Source of the DNA: Pseudomonadota bacterium
Lineage (GTDB): Bacteria > Pseudomonadota > Alphaproteobacteria > Rhodobacterales > Rhodobacteraceae
Assembly (NCBI GenBank): GCA_036154955.1
Contig: JAYZWL010000106.1
Location: 7,053-71,052 of the forward strand
Reading direction: 5' to 3'
DNA length: 64,000 nt
Of this stretch, positions 9,529 to 17,413 are shown one piece after another. A program made the translations under genes and the position numbers. The notes below the pieces were generated by a model, which saw nothing but the letters and a program-made list of their open reading frames with translations, did not search any database and had not been told where the DNA came from. Numbering within the stretch: position 1 is the first letter of the stretch; every line of letters begins with the position of its first letter.

Positions 9529-9566
9529 GTTTCGTGATCACGCCCCGCAGGTTGTGATCACGAAAC
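9529..9566. promoter_or_regulatory. Candidate operator: GTTTCGTGATCAC-N12-GTGATCACGAAAC upstream of sdhC
   Basis: Perfect 13-bp inverted repeat. Each arm contains the palindrome GTGATCAC. Related pair upstream of sucC at 38869..38899. Confidence 0.45.
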
Positions 9567-9628
9567 CCGGCGCGCAGGCCGCATCGGCGCGGGCCGGCCG
9601 CCCCGACCGGCCCGGCGGCGGAGATTCG

Positions 9629-9660
9629 CCCCCGCTCCGTCCCGTGCGGCGGAGCGGGGG
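9629..9660 (-). terminator. Strong GC hairpin just after the TorF-like porin gene (no U-tract)
   Basis: CCCCCGCTCCG-N10-CGGAGCGGGGG (11-bp stem) begins 6 nt after the stop at 9667. No T-run follows, so its terminator function is uncertain. Confidence 0.35.
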
Positions 9661-9666
9661 CCGGTC

Positions 9667-10338
9667 TCAGCGGCCCATCAGGCTCGCCCAGTCGGTGTCG
9701 AAGGAGATCGTGGCGTTGACCAGCCACTCGCCCTGGCTGGAGTCGTGAAAGCGCACGTCGGCCGAGATCGTGTCGGTGATCGGCCGCGACAGGCCGACGT
9801 TCCAGTCCGAGGCGCCGCCGTCGGCGAACTTGCCCACGCCGCCGGACAGCTCCAGCTCCCAGAACAGGGCGATGGTCACCGAGCCGGTCACGTAGTCCGT
9901 CTCCAGATCGAAGTCGTGATAATAGGCGCCGCCGACGCCGATGGCGTCGTTGATCTGGTAGTCGGCCGACACATAGGCCTCGCCGCAGCAGTCGCCGCTG
10001 TCGGTGTAGACGTAGCGCACATAGCCGATGTCGTAGTCGATGCCCCGGAAGCTGTTGCGGTAGCCGCCGTAGAAATCCATCTCGACCTCGAACTCGCCGA
10101 AGTCGACGTTGGAGCCCCAGAACCCGGCGTAGACCGAGCCGAAATCGCCGGGCAGGGCGTATTCGGCCTCCGCATAGGGCTGGAAGGCGGGGGCCTTGTC
10201 GGTCTGGCTGATGCCGCGGAACACGTAGTCCGAGGTGATCGCCGCGCCGAGCGAGATGGAGAGCGGGTCCTCCTGCGCCGCGGCCGGGACCGCCAGAAGA
10301 AGCGCCAGGGAACAGGGGAGGAGTGCGATCGCGCGCAT
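9667..10338 (-). CDS. TorF-family putative outer-membrane beta-barrel protein
   Basis: Signal peptide ending AAAQE. ITSDYVFRGISQTDKAPAFQPY...GFWGSNVDF...VEMDFYGGY matches the TorF/Gcw_chp family signature (from memory). Confidence 0.75.
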   Translation of the reverse strand: MRAIALLPCSLALLLAVPAAAQEDPLSISLGAAITSDYVFRGISQTDKAPAFQPYAEAEYALPGDFGSVYAGFWGSNVDFGEFEVEMDFYGGYRNSFRGIDYDIGYVRYVYTDSGDCCGEAYVSADYQINDAIGVGGAYYHDFDLETDYVTGSVTIALFWELELSGGVGKFADGGASDWNVGLSRPITDTISADVRFHDSSQGEWLVNATISFDTDWASLMGR

Positions 10339-10547
10339 CTTGGTTTGCCTGATGAATAGGGGCCGGACCGGGCGGTCAGCGGCGCGGGTCAGGCGACGCG
10401 GGTCCGCGAAGAAAGCTGCGGACTTCGCAGGGCGCCGACAAGCGGATTTTGCGGTGCAGCATCATTCGCGGTTCATATTTATCGCACACCCCTGTCATTC
10501 GCCCGCAAAAGCGGCGAATGCTTCGCCCCGGCGCCCGTTTCCCGCGC

Positions 10548-10581
10548 AATGAAAACGCCCGGGCCTCGCGGCGCCGGGCGT
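10548..10581 (-). terminator. Rho-independent terminator after the MaoC/mch-like gene
   Basis: On the minus strand, ACGCCCGG-N11-CCGGGCGT is followed by TTTCATTG. Confidence 0.7.
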
Positions 10582-10610
10582 GGGGTCCGAAGCGGCCAAG
10601 CCCCTGCGAT

Positions 10611-11651
10611 TCAGGTCGGAATCAGCGCCCAGACGTCGAGGTCGAGCAGCACGTTCGCCGCGTATTTGCCGTCCTCGCCGCGCAGGGGCGCGGGGGTCGC
10701 GTCGTTCTTCACCGCCACCAGCCGCAGCCGCAGCGCGCCGACGCCGGGGGCCGCGGTCTCGGCCTTGTCCAGCACCTCCGACCACGCATAGACCGTGTCG
10801 CCCGCGAAGCACGGGTTGGCATGGGCGCCGCCGTTGATCGCCACGATCGTCTGGGCGTTGGCCAGCCCGTTGTAGCTCAGCGCGCGCGCCAGGCTGATGA
10901 CGTGGCCGCCATAGATCAGCCGCCGCCCGTCCTCCCGGAACTGGGCGTTGAAATGCACCTTCGCCGTGTTCTGCCAGAGCCGGGTGGCGAGCATGTGCTC
11001 GGCCTCCTCGATGGTCGAGCCGTCCACATGGTCGATGCGCTCGCCTACCGCGTAGTCGCCCCAGCGATGCGGCTCGCCGGCGAGGTCGAAATCGTAGCGG
11101 GTGAAGTCCAGCCCCGCGGGGATCACGAGATCCTCCGCCGCCACCGCCTTGGCGAGCGTGGGAACCACCTCCTCCGGCGCGGGGGCGGAGAGGTCGTTCT
11201 TGCGCACCATCACCCAGCGCACCCATTCCAGCGCCTTCGTCCCGTCGGCGGTGGAGGCGACCGAGCGCACATAGACCACGCCCGACTTGCCGTTGGAGTT
11301 CTGCTTGAGCCCGATGATCTCGGTCTCGGTGGTCAGCGTGTCGCCGGGATAGAGCGGCTTGAGGAACCGGCATTCGGCGTAGCCCAGGTTCGCCACCGCG
11401 TTCAGCGAGATGTCGGGGACGGTCTTGCCGAAGGCGACATGGAAGCCGATCAGGTCCTCCAGCGGGCTCTTCGGCAGGCCCGAGGCGCGGGCGAATTCGT
11501 CGGACGAGGGCAGCGCGAAGCGGGTCGGGTAAAGCGCGGTGTAAAGCGCGCGGTCGCCCTCGGTCAGCGTGCGCGGGGTCGCGTGGCGCAGTTTCTGGCC
11601 GACCTTGAAGTCCTCGAAGAAATAGCCGGGATTGGTCTTTGAGGCGGTCAT
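10611..11651 (-). CDS. mch: MaoC-family (R)-hydratase, mesaconyl-CoA hydratase-like
   Basis: ATG at 11651 (MTASKTNPGYFFEDFKVGQKLRHATPRT...). About 346 aa with a double hot-dog architecture, and GKTVPDISLNAVANLGYAE resembles Mch of the ethylmalonyl-CoA pathway (from memory). The upstream extension of ORF 10611..12230 is rejected. Confidence 0.6.
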   Translation of the reverse strand: MTASKTNPGYFFEDFKVGQKLRHATPRTLTEGDRALYTALYPTRFALPSSDEFARASGLPKSPLEDLIGFHVAFGKTVPDISLNAVANLGYAECRFLKPLYPGDTLTTETEIIGLKQNSNGKSGVVYVRSVASTADGTKALEWVRWVMVRKNDLSAPAPEEVVPTLAKAVAAEDLVIPAGLDFTRYDFDLAGEPHRWGDYAVGERIDHVDGSTIEEAEHMLATRLWQNTAKVHFNAQFREDGRRLIYGGHVISLARALSYNGLANAQTIVAINGGAHANPCFAGDTVYAWSEVLDKAETAAPGVGALRLRLVAVKNDATPAPLRGEDGKYAANVLLDLDVWALIPT

Positions 11652-11773
11652 GCGGGGCTCCCTGCGCGTGATCTTGTTCCGGATCTGGTTCCGGGGGCGA
11701 AGATGCGGCCCGCCCCGCCGCCGCGCAAGCGGACGCCGCGCCGCGCCGGGGGCGGGGCGGGGGGCGAGCCGCC

Positions 11774-12886
11774 TCAGAACCTTGTGCGCAGGTTGACCGA
11801 ACCGAACAGGGACATGCCGTCCTGGCCGCGATACTCCTCGGTGCGCAGGACCTGGGTGTAGCTCAGCTCCACCCGCCCCACCTGCACCGCGATCCCGGCC
11901 TGGATGTCGGCGACGAAGCGGTTGGGCTCCACCCCGTCGACGCCGCCCCAGGTGTTGCCCTCGATGAAGATGTTGCGCCCCACCAGCCGCCCCTCGGCCC
12001 CGGCGAACACGTACCAGGAGAAATCGTCCTCGTTGCGGAAGAAGCCGGGCGAGGCCACCGCCGGGCGCACCCGCGGCGGGCCGTAATCGTCCGACAGGTC
12101 CTGCCCCAGCCGCGCCACGCCGCCCACCGCCAGCGAAGTGTCGACGTTGCCGAGCGACACCGTGACGTTCGGCGCCCAGTCGACCTCCAGCCCCAGCGCC
12201 GGGACCGGCACGTCGGCGGAGAACTTCCACTTCCGCTCATAGAGCAGCCGGACGCCCAGTTCGTCGTCGAGCTGGTTGTGCCAGCCCCGAGGCTCCTGCA
12301 CGCCGAGGATCTCGTGGACGATGGTCTGGGATTCCTCGGCCAGCGAGGACGGCCCGACCATCCCGATCTCCAGCGACAGCGTGTCGAGCCGGTCGCCCCG
12401 GTCCGCCGCCACCCCCGCGCCCAGATAGAGGAACCCCGCATAGGGTCGGTCGGTCTTCGGCGGGTTTTTCAGCGAGATGTCGGAGGGCGTGTAGATGTTC
12501 TGCCCCAGCGTGTAGAGCCCATACCAGTCCGAGGCGTCGGAGAACCAGCCGAACAGCCCCCGCTTCGCCAGCCGCCCGAAGGCCGTGAGGTTATTGCGGG
12601 GCGTCACGTAGTCCAGCCGCACGCCGTTGGTGTAGTCGCGGTCCTCGTCGCCGAAGATGTCGTTCTCGAAGGTCAGGGACCAGGTGCCGCGCGCATCCGC
12701 GTCCGGGCCGACCGAAGGCGGGGCCTTCGGCTCCTCCGTCGGCAGGCCGGCGACGGGCGAAGGGGCGGCCGGCCGATCGCCGGCGACGTCCTGCGCGCGG
12801 ACGGTCGGGGCGGCGAGCGCAAGCGCGAGCGCCAGCGGCAGGCGCGCGGCGGCGGCGCATCGGAACGCGGGGGAAGGGCGGGGCAC
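11774..12886 (-). CDS. Lipid A deacylase LpxR-family outer-membrane protein (DUF2219)
   Basis: GTG start at 12886 preceded by AGGAG. Signal peptide present. WSLTFENDIFGDEDRDYTNGVRLDY is the typical LpxR-family N-terminal motif. Confidence 0.7.
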   Translation of the reverse strand: MPRPSPAFRCAAAARLPLALALALAAPTVRAQDVAGDRPAAPSPVAGLPTEEPKAPPSVGPDADARGTWSLTFENDIFGDEDRDYTNGVRLDYVTPRNNLTAFGRLAKRGLFGWFSDASDWYGLYTLGQNIYTPSDISLKNPPKTDRPYAGFLYLGAGVAADRGDRLDTLSLEIGMVGPSSLAEESQTIVHEILGVQEPRGWHNQLDDELGVRLLYERKWKFSADVPVPALGLEVDWAPNVTVSLGNVDTSLAVGGVARLGQDLSDDYGPPRVRPAVASPGFFRNEDDFSWYVFAGAEGRLVGRNIFIEGNTWGGVDGVEPNRFVADIQAGIAVQVGRVELSYTQVLRTEEYRGQDGMSLFGSVNLRTRF

Positions 12887-13103
12887 GATCGGGGCTCCTG
12901 ACAGACATCACGGCGACGCGCGGGCGGCCGCAACCGGCCGCCGCTCCCCTCCGAGGCGGAAACAATAGGGCGGGATGAACCCCGGACAACGGCGCGATCC
13001 GCGGATTCGCGCTTGATCGAGCGCATACCTTACGTAAGCTCCCGACACCGAAGTCGACCGGGCGCCGAACAACGAGCGGCCCGGCGCAGGGAGGAAAAAC
13101 TTG

Positions 13104-14060
13104 ATGCCGTTCAAAACCCACGCCCGAATTGCGTTCGCCGCGCTGGCCTCGCTCGCCTTCGCCGGGGCCGCCGCCGCCGCCGACTGCGCGCCCTCGAAAT
13201 GGGGCGCCGACGACGAGATCGGCTCCGCCAACCTGGTGACGTCCGAACAGGTGCTCATGGCCTCCAAACTGGTCAAGAAGGGCATGAGCGCGCCGCTGGG
13301 CATCACCATCAGCCGCGACACCCCCGCCTTCGCCCCGCGCTCGCTGTCCATGCAGGTCGTGCAGCCCGGGCAGAACGGCGGCAAGGATCCGCTCGGTTAC
13401 GGCGGCGGCGGCGTCTACAACGACGACATCATCCAGATGTGGTTCGGCATCGGCTCCCAGATCGACGGGCTGGGCCATCTGGGCGACGACGGGCGCTACT
13501 ACAACTGCAACAAGGCCGCCGACATCTCGGCGATCACCGGGCTGACCAAGCTGGGCGTGCACAACGTGCCGCCGCTGGTTGGCCGCGGCGTGGTCATCGA
13601 CATGGCCAAGCATTTCGGCAAGCCGTTCCTGGAGGCCGGGCACGCCATCACCGCCGACGACGTGAAGGCCGCGATGGCCGAGCAGAAGATCGAGGTGAAG
13701 AAGGGCGACGTGGTGCTGTTCCACACCGGCTGGACCGACGCCAAGCTGGAGAGCGCGCCGCAGGAATGGGGCACGGGCGAGCCGGGGATCATGCCCGACG
13801 TGGCCGAGATGCTGGCCGCCGCCGACGTGATGGCCGTGGGCGCCGACACCTGGGGCGTGGACGTGGTGCCGCCGCCGGCCGGGGCCAAGGTGTTCTATTC
13901 CCACGTCGTCCTGCTGCGCGACAACGGCATCTACATCCTGGAGACCATGAACACCGGCCCGCTGGTCGAGGCCGGGGTCTCCGAGTTCATGTTCGTGCTG
14001 GGTCAGGCGCGGGTGAAGGGCTCGGTGCAGATGGTCATCAACCCGGTCGCGCTCTGGTGA
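13104..14060 (+). CDS. Secreted cyclase-family protein (kynurenine formamidase-like fold)
   Basis: ATG at 13104 after GGGAGGAAAA. Signal peptide ...AGAAAAADC. GSQIDGLGHLG and DTWGVD motifs are typical of putative cyclase PF04199 proteins. Confidence 0.8.
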   Translation: MPFKTHARIAFAALASLAFAGAAAAADCAPSKWGADDEIGSANLVTSEQVLMASKLVKKGMSAPLGITISRDTPAFAPRSLSMQVVQPGQNGGKDPLGYGGGGVYNDDIIQMWFGIGSQIDGLGHLGDDGRYYNCNKAADISAITGLTKLGVHNVPPLVGRGVVIDMAKHFGKPFLEAGHAITADDVKAAMAEQKIEVKKGDVVLFHTGWTDAKLESAPQEWGTGEPGIMPDVAEMLAAADVMAVGADTWGVDVVPPPAGAKVFYSHVVLLRDNGIYILETMNTGPLVEAGVSEFMFVLGQARVKGSVQMVINPVALW

Positions 14061-14098
14061 GCCGCGGGGCCTGCGGGGCCTGACCTGCGGACGATCTG

Positions 14099-14125
14099 AC
14101 GGGCGGCTTCGGCCGCCCGTTTTCG
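14099..14125 (+). terminator. Rho-independent terminator after the cyclase gene
   Basis: ACGGGCGGC-TTCG-GCCGCCCGT followed by TTTCG. Confidence 0.75.
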
Positions 14126-14135
14126 TGCCGGCTTC

Positions 14136-14669
14136 TCAGCCCCTCGGTCCGCCCCGCCGCAGCATCGTCAGAACCGCCGAGCGCGGGGTCGCCAGCGCCT
14201 CCCGCAGCCGCCGCAGGATCCGCCTCGCCGGGGGGGCGGGGGGCGGCGAGGTCGGCGCGGCCCGCGTCCCGATCCCGTGCAGGGCGAAGCACAGCCGCGC
14301 GCGGGCCATGTGCCAGGGGTCGGTGACCAGCGTGACCCTCGCCGCGCCCGTCGCCCGGATCAGGGAGGCCGCGAAGCGGGCGTTCTCCTCGGTGTCGCGG
14401 GCGCGGGCTTCGACGAGGATCGCGGCGTCGGGAACGCCCGCCGCCATCAGCCGGGCGCGCATCGCGGCGGCCTCGGTCAGGATCGTGTTCGGAGGGCCGC
14501 CGGTGACCAGAAGCGCCGCCGCCCGGCCCTCCGCCCCCGCCGCCCGCCACAGCGCCGCGCCCCGGTCCGCCCGCCGCGCCAGCGCCGGGCCGGGCCTACC
14601 GTCCGGGCGCAGGGCCGCGCCCAGGACGACGATGACTTCGGGGATTTCGGGCGGCGCGCCCCCGCTCAC
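14136..14669 (-). CDS. YdcF/DUF218-family protein
   Basis: VIVVLGAAL...LLVTGGPPN...TEAAAMRARLMAAGVP...ILVEARARDTEENA matches the DUF218 pattern. The proposed GTG start at 14669 overlaps the upstream stop (GTGA). Confidence 0.7.
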   Translation of the reverse strand: MSGGAPPEIPEVIVVLGAALRPDGRPGPALARRADRGAALWRAAGAEGRAAALLVTGGPPNTILTEAAAMRARLMAAGVPDAAILVEARARDTEENARFAASLIRATGAARVTLVTDPWHMARARLCFALHGIGTRAAPTSPPPAPPARRILRRLREALATPRSAVLTMLRRGGPRG

Positions 14670-15226
14670 ACCGGGAAGGGCGAGGGGCCGATCAGCCCGT
14701 GAACGAAGGTGATGACCCCGAAGGCCACGACCGAAGCCGCCACCAGGATCAGGTCCTTCTTCACCGGTCCCGGCGCAGGCTTCGCCCAGGCCCCGTCGCG
14801 GGCGTTGGTCATGAAGATCGCCGCGACCGCCCACAGCCCCAGCCCGCCGAACAGGATCAGCGAGGCCACGTCCCCGTTGACCAGCAGATGCGCGACCGAC
14901 CACACGATCACCGACAGAAGCTGCGGGTGGCGCACGTAACGCTTAACGTTGCCCTTGGAATGCGAGGCGCCGAACAGGAACACCGCGATCAGCATCATCA
15001 GGTTGTTGAGATGCACCGCCCAGGGAAGGAACCACAGCTCCTCATACTCCGCCATCCGGTAGCCGATCACCATCAGCGCCACGACGGCCAGCGTGACGAG
15101 GCTGAAGCCCCCCCGCCAGGCCTTTTCGCCCTGTTTCGCCACCACCGAGGCGCGGAGGCCAGGGGCCAGAAGGGGGATCGAATGCGTCGCCCACCACAGG
15201 ACGATCGCGAGAATCAGAAGGGTCAT
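14666..15226 (-). CDS. NnrU-family membrane protein
   Basis: ATG at 15226 (MTLLILAIVLWWATHS) preceded by GGGAG. VRHPQLLSVIVWSVAHLLVNGD is an NnrU-like motif. Multiple TM helices. Confidence 0.75.
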   Translation of the reverse strand: MTLLILAIVLWWATHSIPLLAPGLRASVVAKQGEKAWRGGFSLVTLAVVALMVIGYRMAEYEELWFLPWAVHLNNLMMLIAVFLFGASHSKGNVKRYVRHPQLLSVIVWSVAHLLVNGDVASLILFGGLGLWAVAAIFMTNARDGAWAKPAPGPVKKDLILVAASVVAFGVITFVHGLIGPSPFPV

Positions 15227-15366
15227 CGGCTTGCTCCCATGCCGCCCGGACGGGATTTGGCTTGCGGGGCGGAGCATAGCCGTCGCGCGCGCCCGCGCCA
15301 TGGACGGGTCGCCGCATTAACTCTCGGGAAGGGGTGGGGCTACGGCCCACCGGAGCCATCGCGCGC

Positions 15367-15387
15367 GCCCCGGGCTTGACCCGGGGC
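15367..15387. repeat. REP-like GC hairpin, copy 2 (GCCCCGGG-CTTGA-CCCGGGGC)
   Basis: 8-bp stem, 5-nt loop, intergenic. Confidence 0.7.
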
Positions 15388-15413
15388 CTCCTGGCGTCGG
15401 CCGCTCGCGCAAG

Positions 15414-15434
15414 GCCCCGGGTCGGGCCCGGGGC
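15414..15434. repeat. REP-like GC hairpin, copy 3, inverted orientation (GCCCCGGG-TCGGG-CCCGGGGC)
   Basis: Same stem as copy 2, 27 nt away. The loop resembles the reverse complement of CTTGA with two changes. Confidence 0.6.
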
Positions 15435-15479
15435 GCCGTCGGAAGAACATCCGCGTCGCGGCGAGGCGCCGAAAGGGCG

Positions 15480-16175
15480 TCAGACCCCCAGCAGCCGGTC
15501 CCGGATCTCCGCCGTCAGTTCCGCGGGCGGCCCGGTCCAGGCGGAGCGGCCCTTCTCCAGGATCACGCAGCGGTCCATCACGGGCAGCAGCTCCGCCAGC
15601 GACTTGTCGACCACCAGCAGCGCCTGCCCCTCGGCCTTCAGGCTGCGGATCGCGGCCCAGATCTCATGCCGTATCACCGGGGCCAGACCCTCGGTCGCCT
15701 CGTCGAGGATCAGGAGCCGCGGGTTGGTCATCAGCGCCCGGCCGATGGCGAGCATCTGCTGCTCGCCCCCCGAAAGCGTGCGCGCCGACTGCCCGGCGCG
15801 CTCCGCCAGCCGCGGGAACAGCGCCTCGACCCGGTCCCGGTCCCAGGGCCCGGGGCGGGCGGTGGCCGTGAGGTTCTCGGCGACCGACAGGTTGGGAAAG
15901 CAGCGCCGCCCCTCGGGCGCCAGCCCCAGCCCCAGCCGCGCCGCCCGGTAGGCCGGAAGCCCCGCGAGGTCCCGGCCCCCGAAGCGGATGCGCCCGCGCC
16001 GATGCGGCGTCAGCCGGCAGATGGAGCGGATGGTGGTGGATTTCCCCATGCCGTTGCGCCCCATCAGCGCCACCGCCTCGCCGGCCGCCACGGTCAGGTC
16101 GACCCCGTGCAGGGCCTGCGAGGCGCCGTAGAAGGTCTCGATCCCCTCGACTTCGAGCATGGCGGGCTCAGGCAT
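15480..16175 (-). CDS. ABC transporter ATP-binding protein, LivF/UrtE-like (orphan)
   Basis: Walker A GRNGMGKST, signature LSGGEQQML, Walker B LLILDE. The start is either the ATG at 16175 or the one at 16160. Confidence 0.85.
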   Translation of the reverse strand: MPEPAMLEVEGIETFYGASQALHGVDLTVAAGEAVALMGRNGMGKSTTIRSICRLTPHRRGRIRFGGRDLAGLPAYRAARLGLGLAPEGRRCFPNLSVAENLTATARPGPWDRDRVEALFPRLAERAGQSARTLSGGEQQMLAIGRALMTNPRLLILDEATEGLAPVIRHEIWAAIRSLKAEGQALLVVDKSLAELLPVMDRCVILEKGRSAWTGPPAELTAEIRDRLLGV

Positions 16176-16539
16176 CGGCGTCCGCCGCCTCGTCGAACCG
16201 CCCCAGCGCGGCCTGCGCCTTTTTCGTCAGTTTGCCGCGGATCAGCACGTAGGAATGGCGGATGCGGTGGGAAAGCTCCGCCTCGTCGGCCGCCTGCGCC
16301 CAGGGGACCAGCACCCAGGAGCGGTGGAAATAGGGGGCCCGCTCGGCCCGGCCGGTCTCGATCAGCATCTCCGCCGTCTCCACGTCGTCGCATTTCACCG
16401 CGACGCCGCGGTCCATGGCCCCGATGCAGGCGAACATCTTGCCGCCGACCTTCCACGCGTCATGCCCTCCGCCCCAGGGGTCGGAGCATTCGGCCCCGGG
16501 CAGGGCGGCGCAGAGGCGATTGACGGTCTCGCGGGTCAT
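16168..16539 (-). CDS. MmcQ/YjbR-family protein
   Basis: ATG at 16539 (MTRETVNRLCAALPGAECSDPWGGGHDAWKVGGKMFA...) is a typical YjbR-family N-terminus. The upstream extension of ORF 16168..16971 is rejected. Confidence 0.7.
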   Translation of the reverse strand: MTRETVNRLCAALPGAECSDPWGGGHDAWKVGGKMFACIGAMDRGVAVKCDDVETAEMLIETGRAERAPYFHRSWVLVPWAQAADEAELSHRIRHSYVLIRGKLTKKAQAALGRFDEAADADA

Positions 16540-16637
16540 GGCGGGCAGGATCGCGCGGGGCGGGCGGGGACGCAAGACGGGGCGGGGGCGGGGACGCCCC
16601 GTCTCCCACCCCGTCTCCCGCCCAATCGCGCGCGCCG

Positions 16638-17378
16638 TCACCGGCGCAGGTCCGCGGCGACGGGCGGCGCGGCGATCGCGGCCAGCAGCCCCGCCAGCGG
16701 CAGCGCCGCCGCCGGCCCCAGCCAGCGGAACCCCAGCGCGCCCAGCGTGCCCGCGCCGAAGAACGTCGCCGCCAGCCCCGCCAGCGTGACCAGCCGCGCC
16801 CGGTCCGCCCGCACCGGGGCGAGCCCCCCGCCGGAACGATCGCGGGAGGGGTAGAGCGCCCGGCCGATCTCGATCCCCAGATCGGTCACCAGCCCGGTGA
16901 CATGGGTGGTGCGGATCGTGGCGCCCGACAGCTTGGTGATCACCGCGTTCTGCAGCCCCATCAGGAAGCACAGCAGCAAGGTGACGGCCAGCGCCGCCCC
17001 GGCCCGCAGCGCCTCGCCCGACAGCGCGCCGACGAGGCCGAAGCCGCCCAGCAGCGCCGCCTCCAGCGCCAGCGGCAGGGCGAAGAGGCTCCGCAGCCCC
17101 CGCCGCCGCGCCCAGTTGACCATCAGCGAACAGAGCGCCGCCCCGGCGAGAAACGCCGCCAGCGCCCCGGCCCCCGCCGCGACCAGGGTCAGGCGCCCCA
17201 GCGCGAGGTCGTCGGCCATGCCCGACACGATCCCGGTCATGTGCGAGGTGTAGTGCCCGACGGCCATGAAGCCCCCGGCATTGGCCGCGCCCGCCACGAA
17301 GACCAGCAGCAGCGCGAGCCTCGCGTCCGACCGCGCGTCCCGCTCCCGTCCCGCGATGCGCGCCAAAGCGGCGATCAT
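16638..17378 (-). CDS. YoaK-family (DUF1275) membrane protein
   Basis: ATG at 17378. FVAGAANAGGFMAVGHYTSHMTG...LQNAVITKLSGATIRTTHVTG are the two conserved DUF1275 motifs. Confidence 0.75.
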   Translation of the reverse strand: MIAALARIAGRERDARSDARLALLLVFVAGAANAGGFMAVGHYTSHMTGIVSGMADDLALGRLTLVAAGAGALAAFLAGAALCSLMVNWARRRGLRSLFALPLALEAALLGGFGLVGALSGEALRAGAALAVTLLLCFLMGLQNAVITKLSGATIRTTHVTGLVTDLGIEIGRALYPSRDRSGGGLAPVRADRARLVTLAGLAATFFGAGTLGALGFRWLGPAAALPLAGLLAAIAAPPVAADLRR

Positions 17379-17413
17379 GGCTCGTGTCCCGTCGATACCG
17401 CCCGTCCCGGGCG

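Noticed and set aside
11676-11691. Alphaproteobacterial LexA box (GTTC-N7-GTTC) upstream of the mch-like gene.
   Set aside because: The spacer is 8 nt, not 7, and the gene has no SOS connection. It is better described as part of a 12-bp tandem direct repeat.
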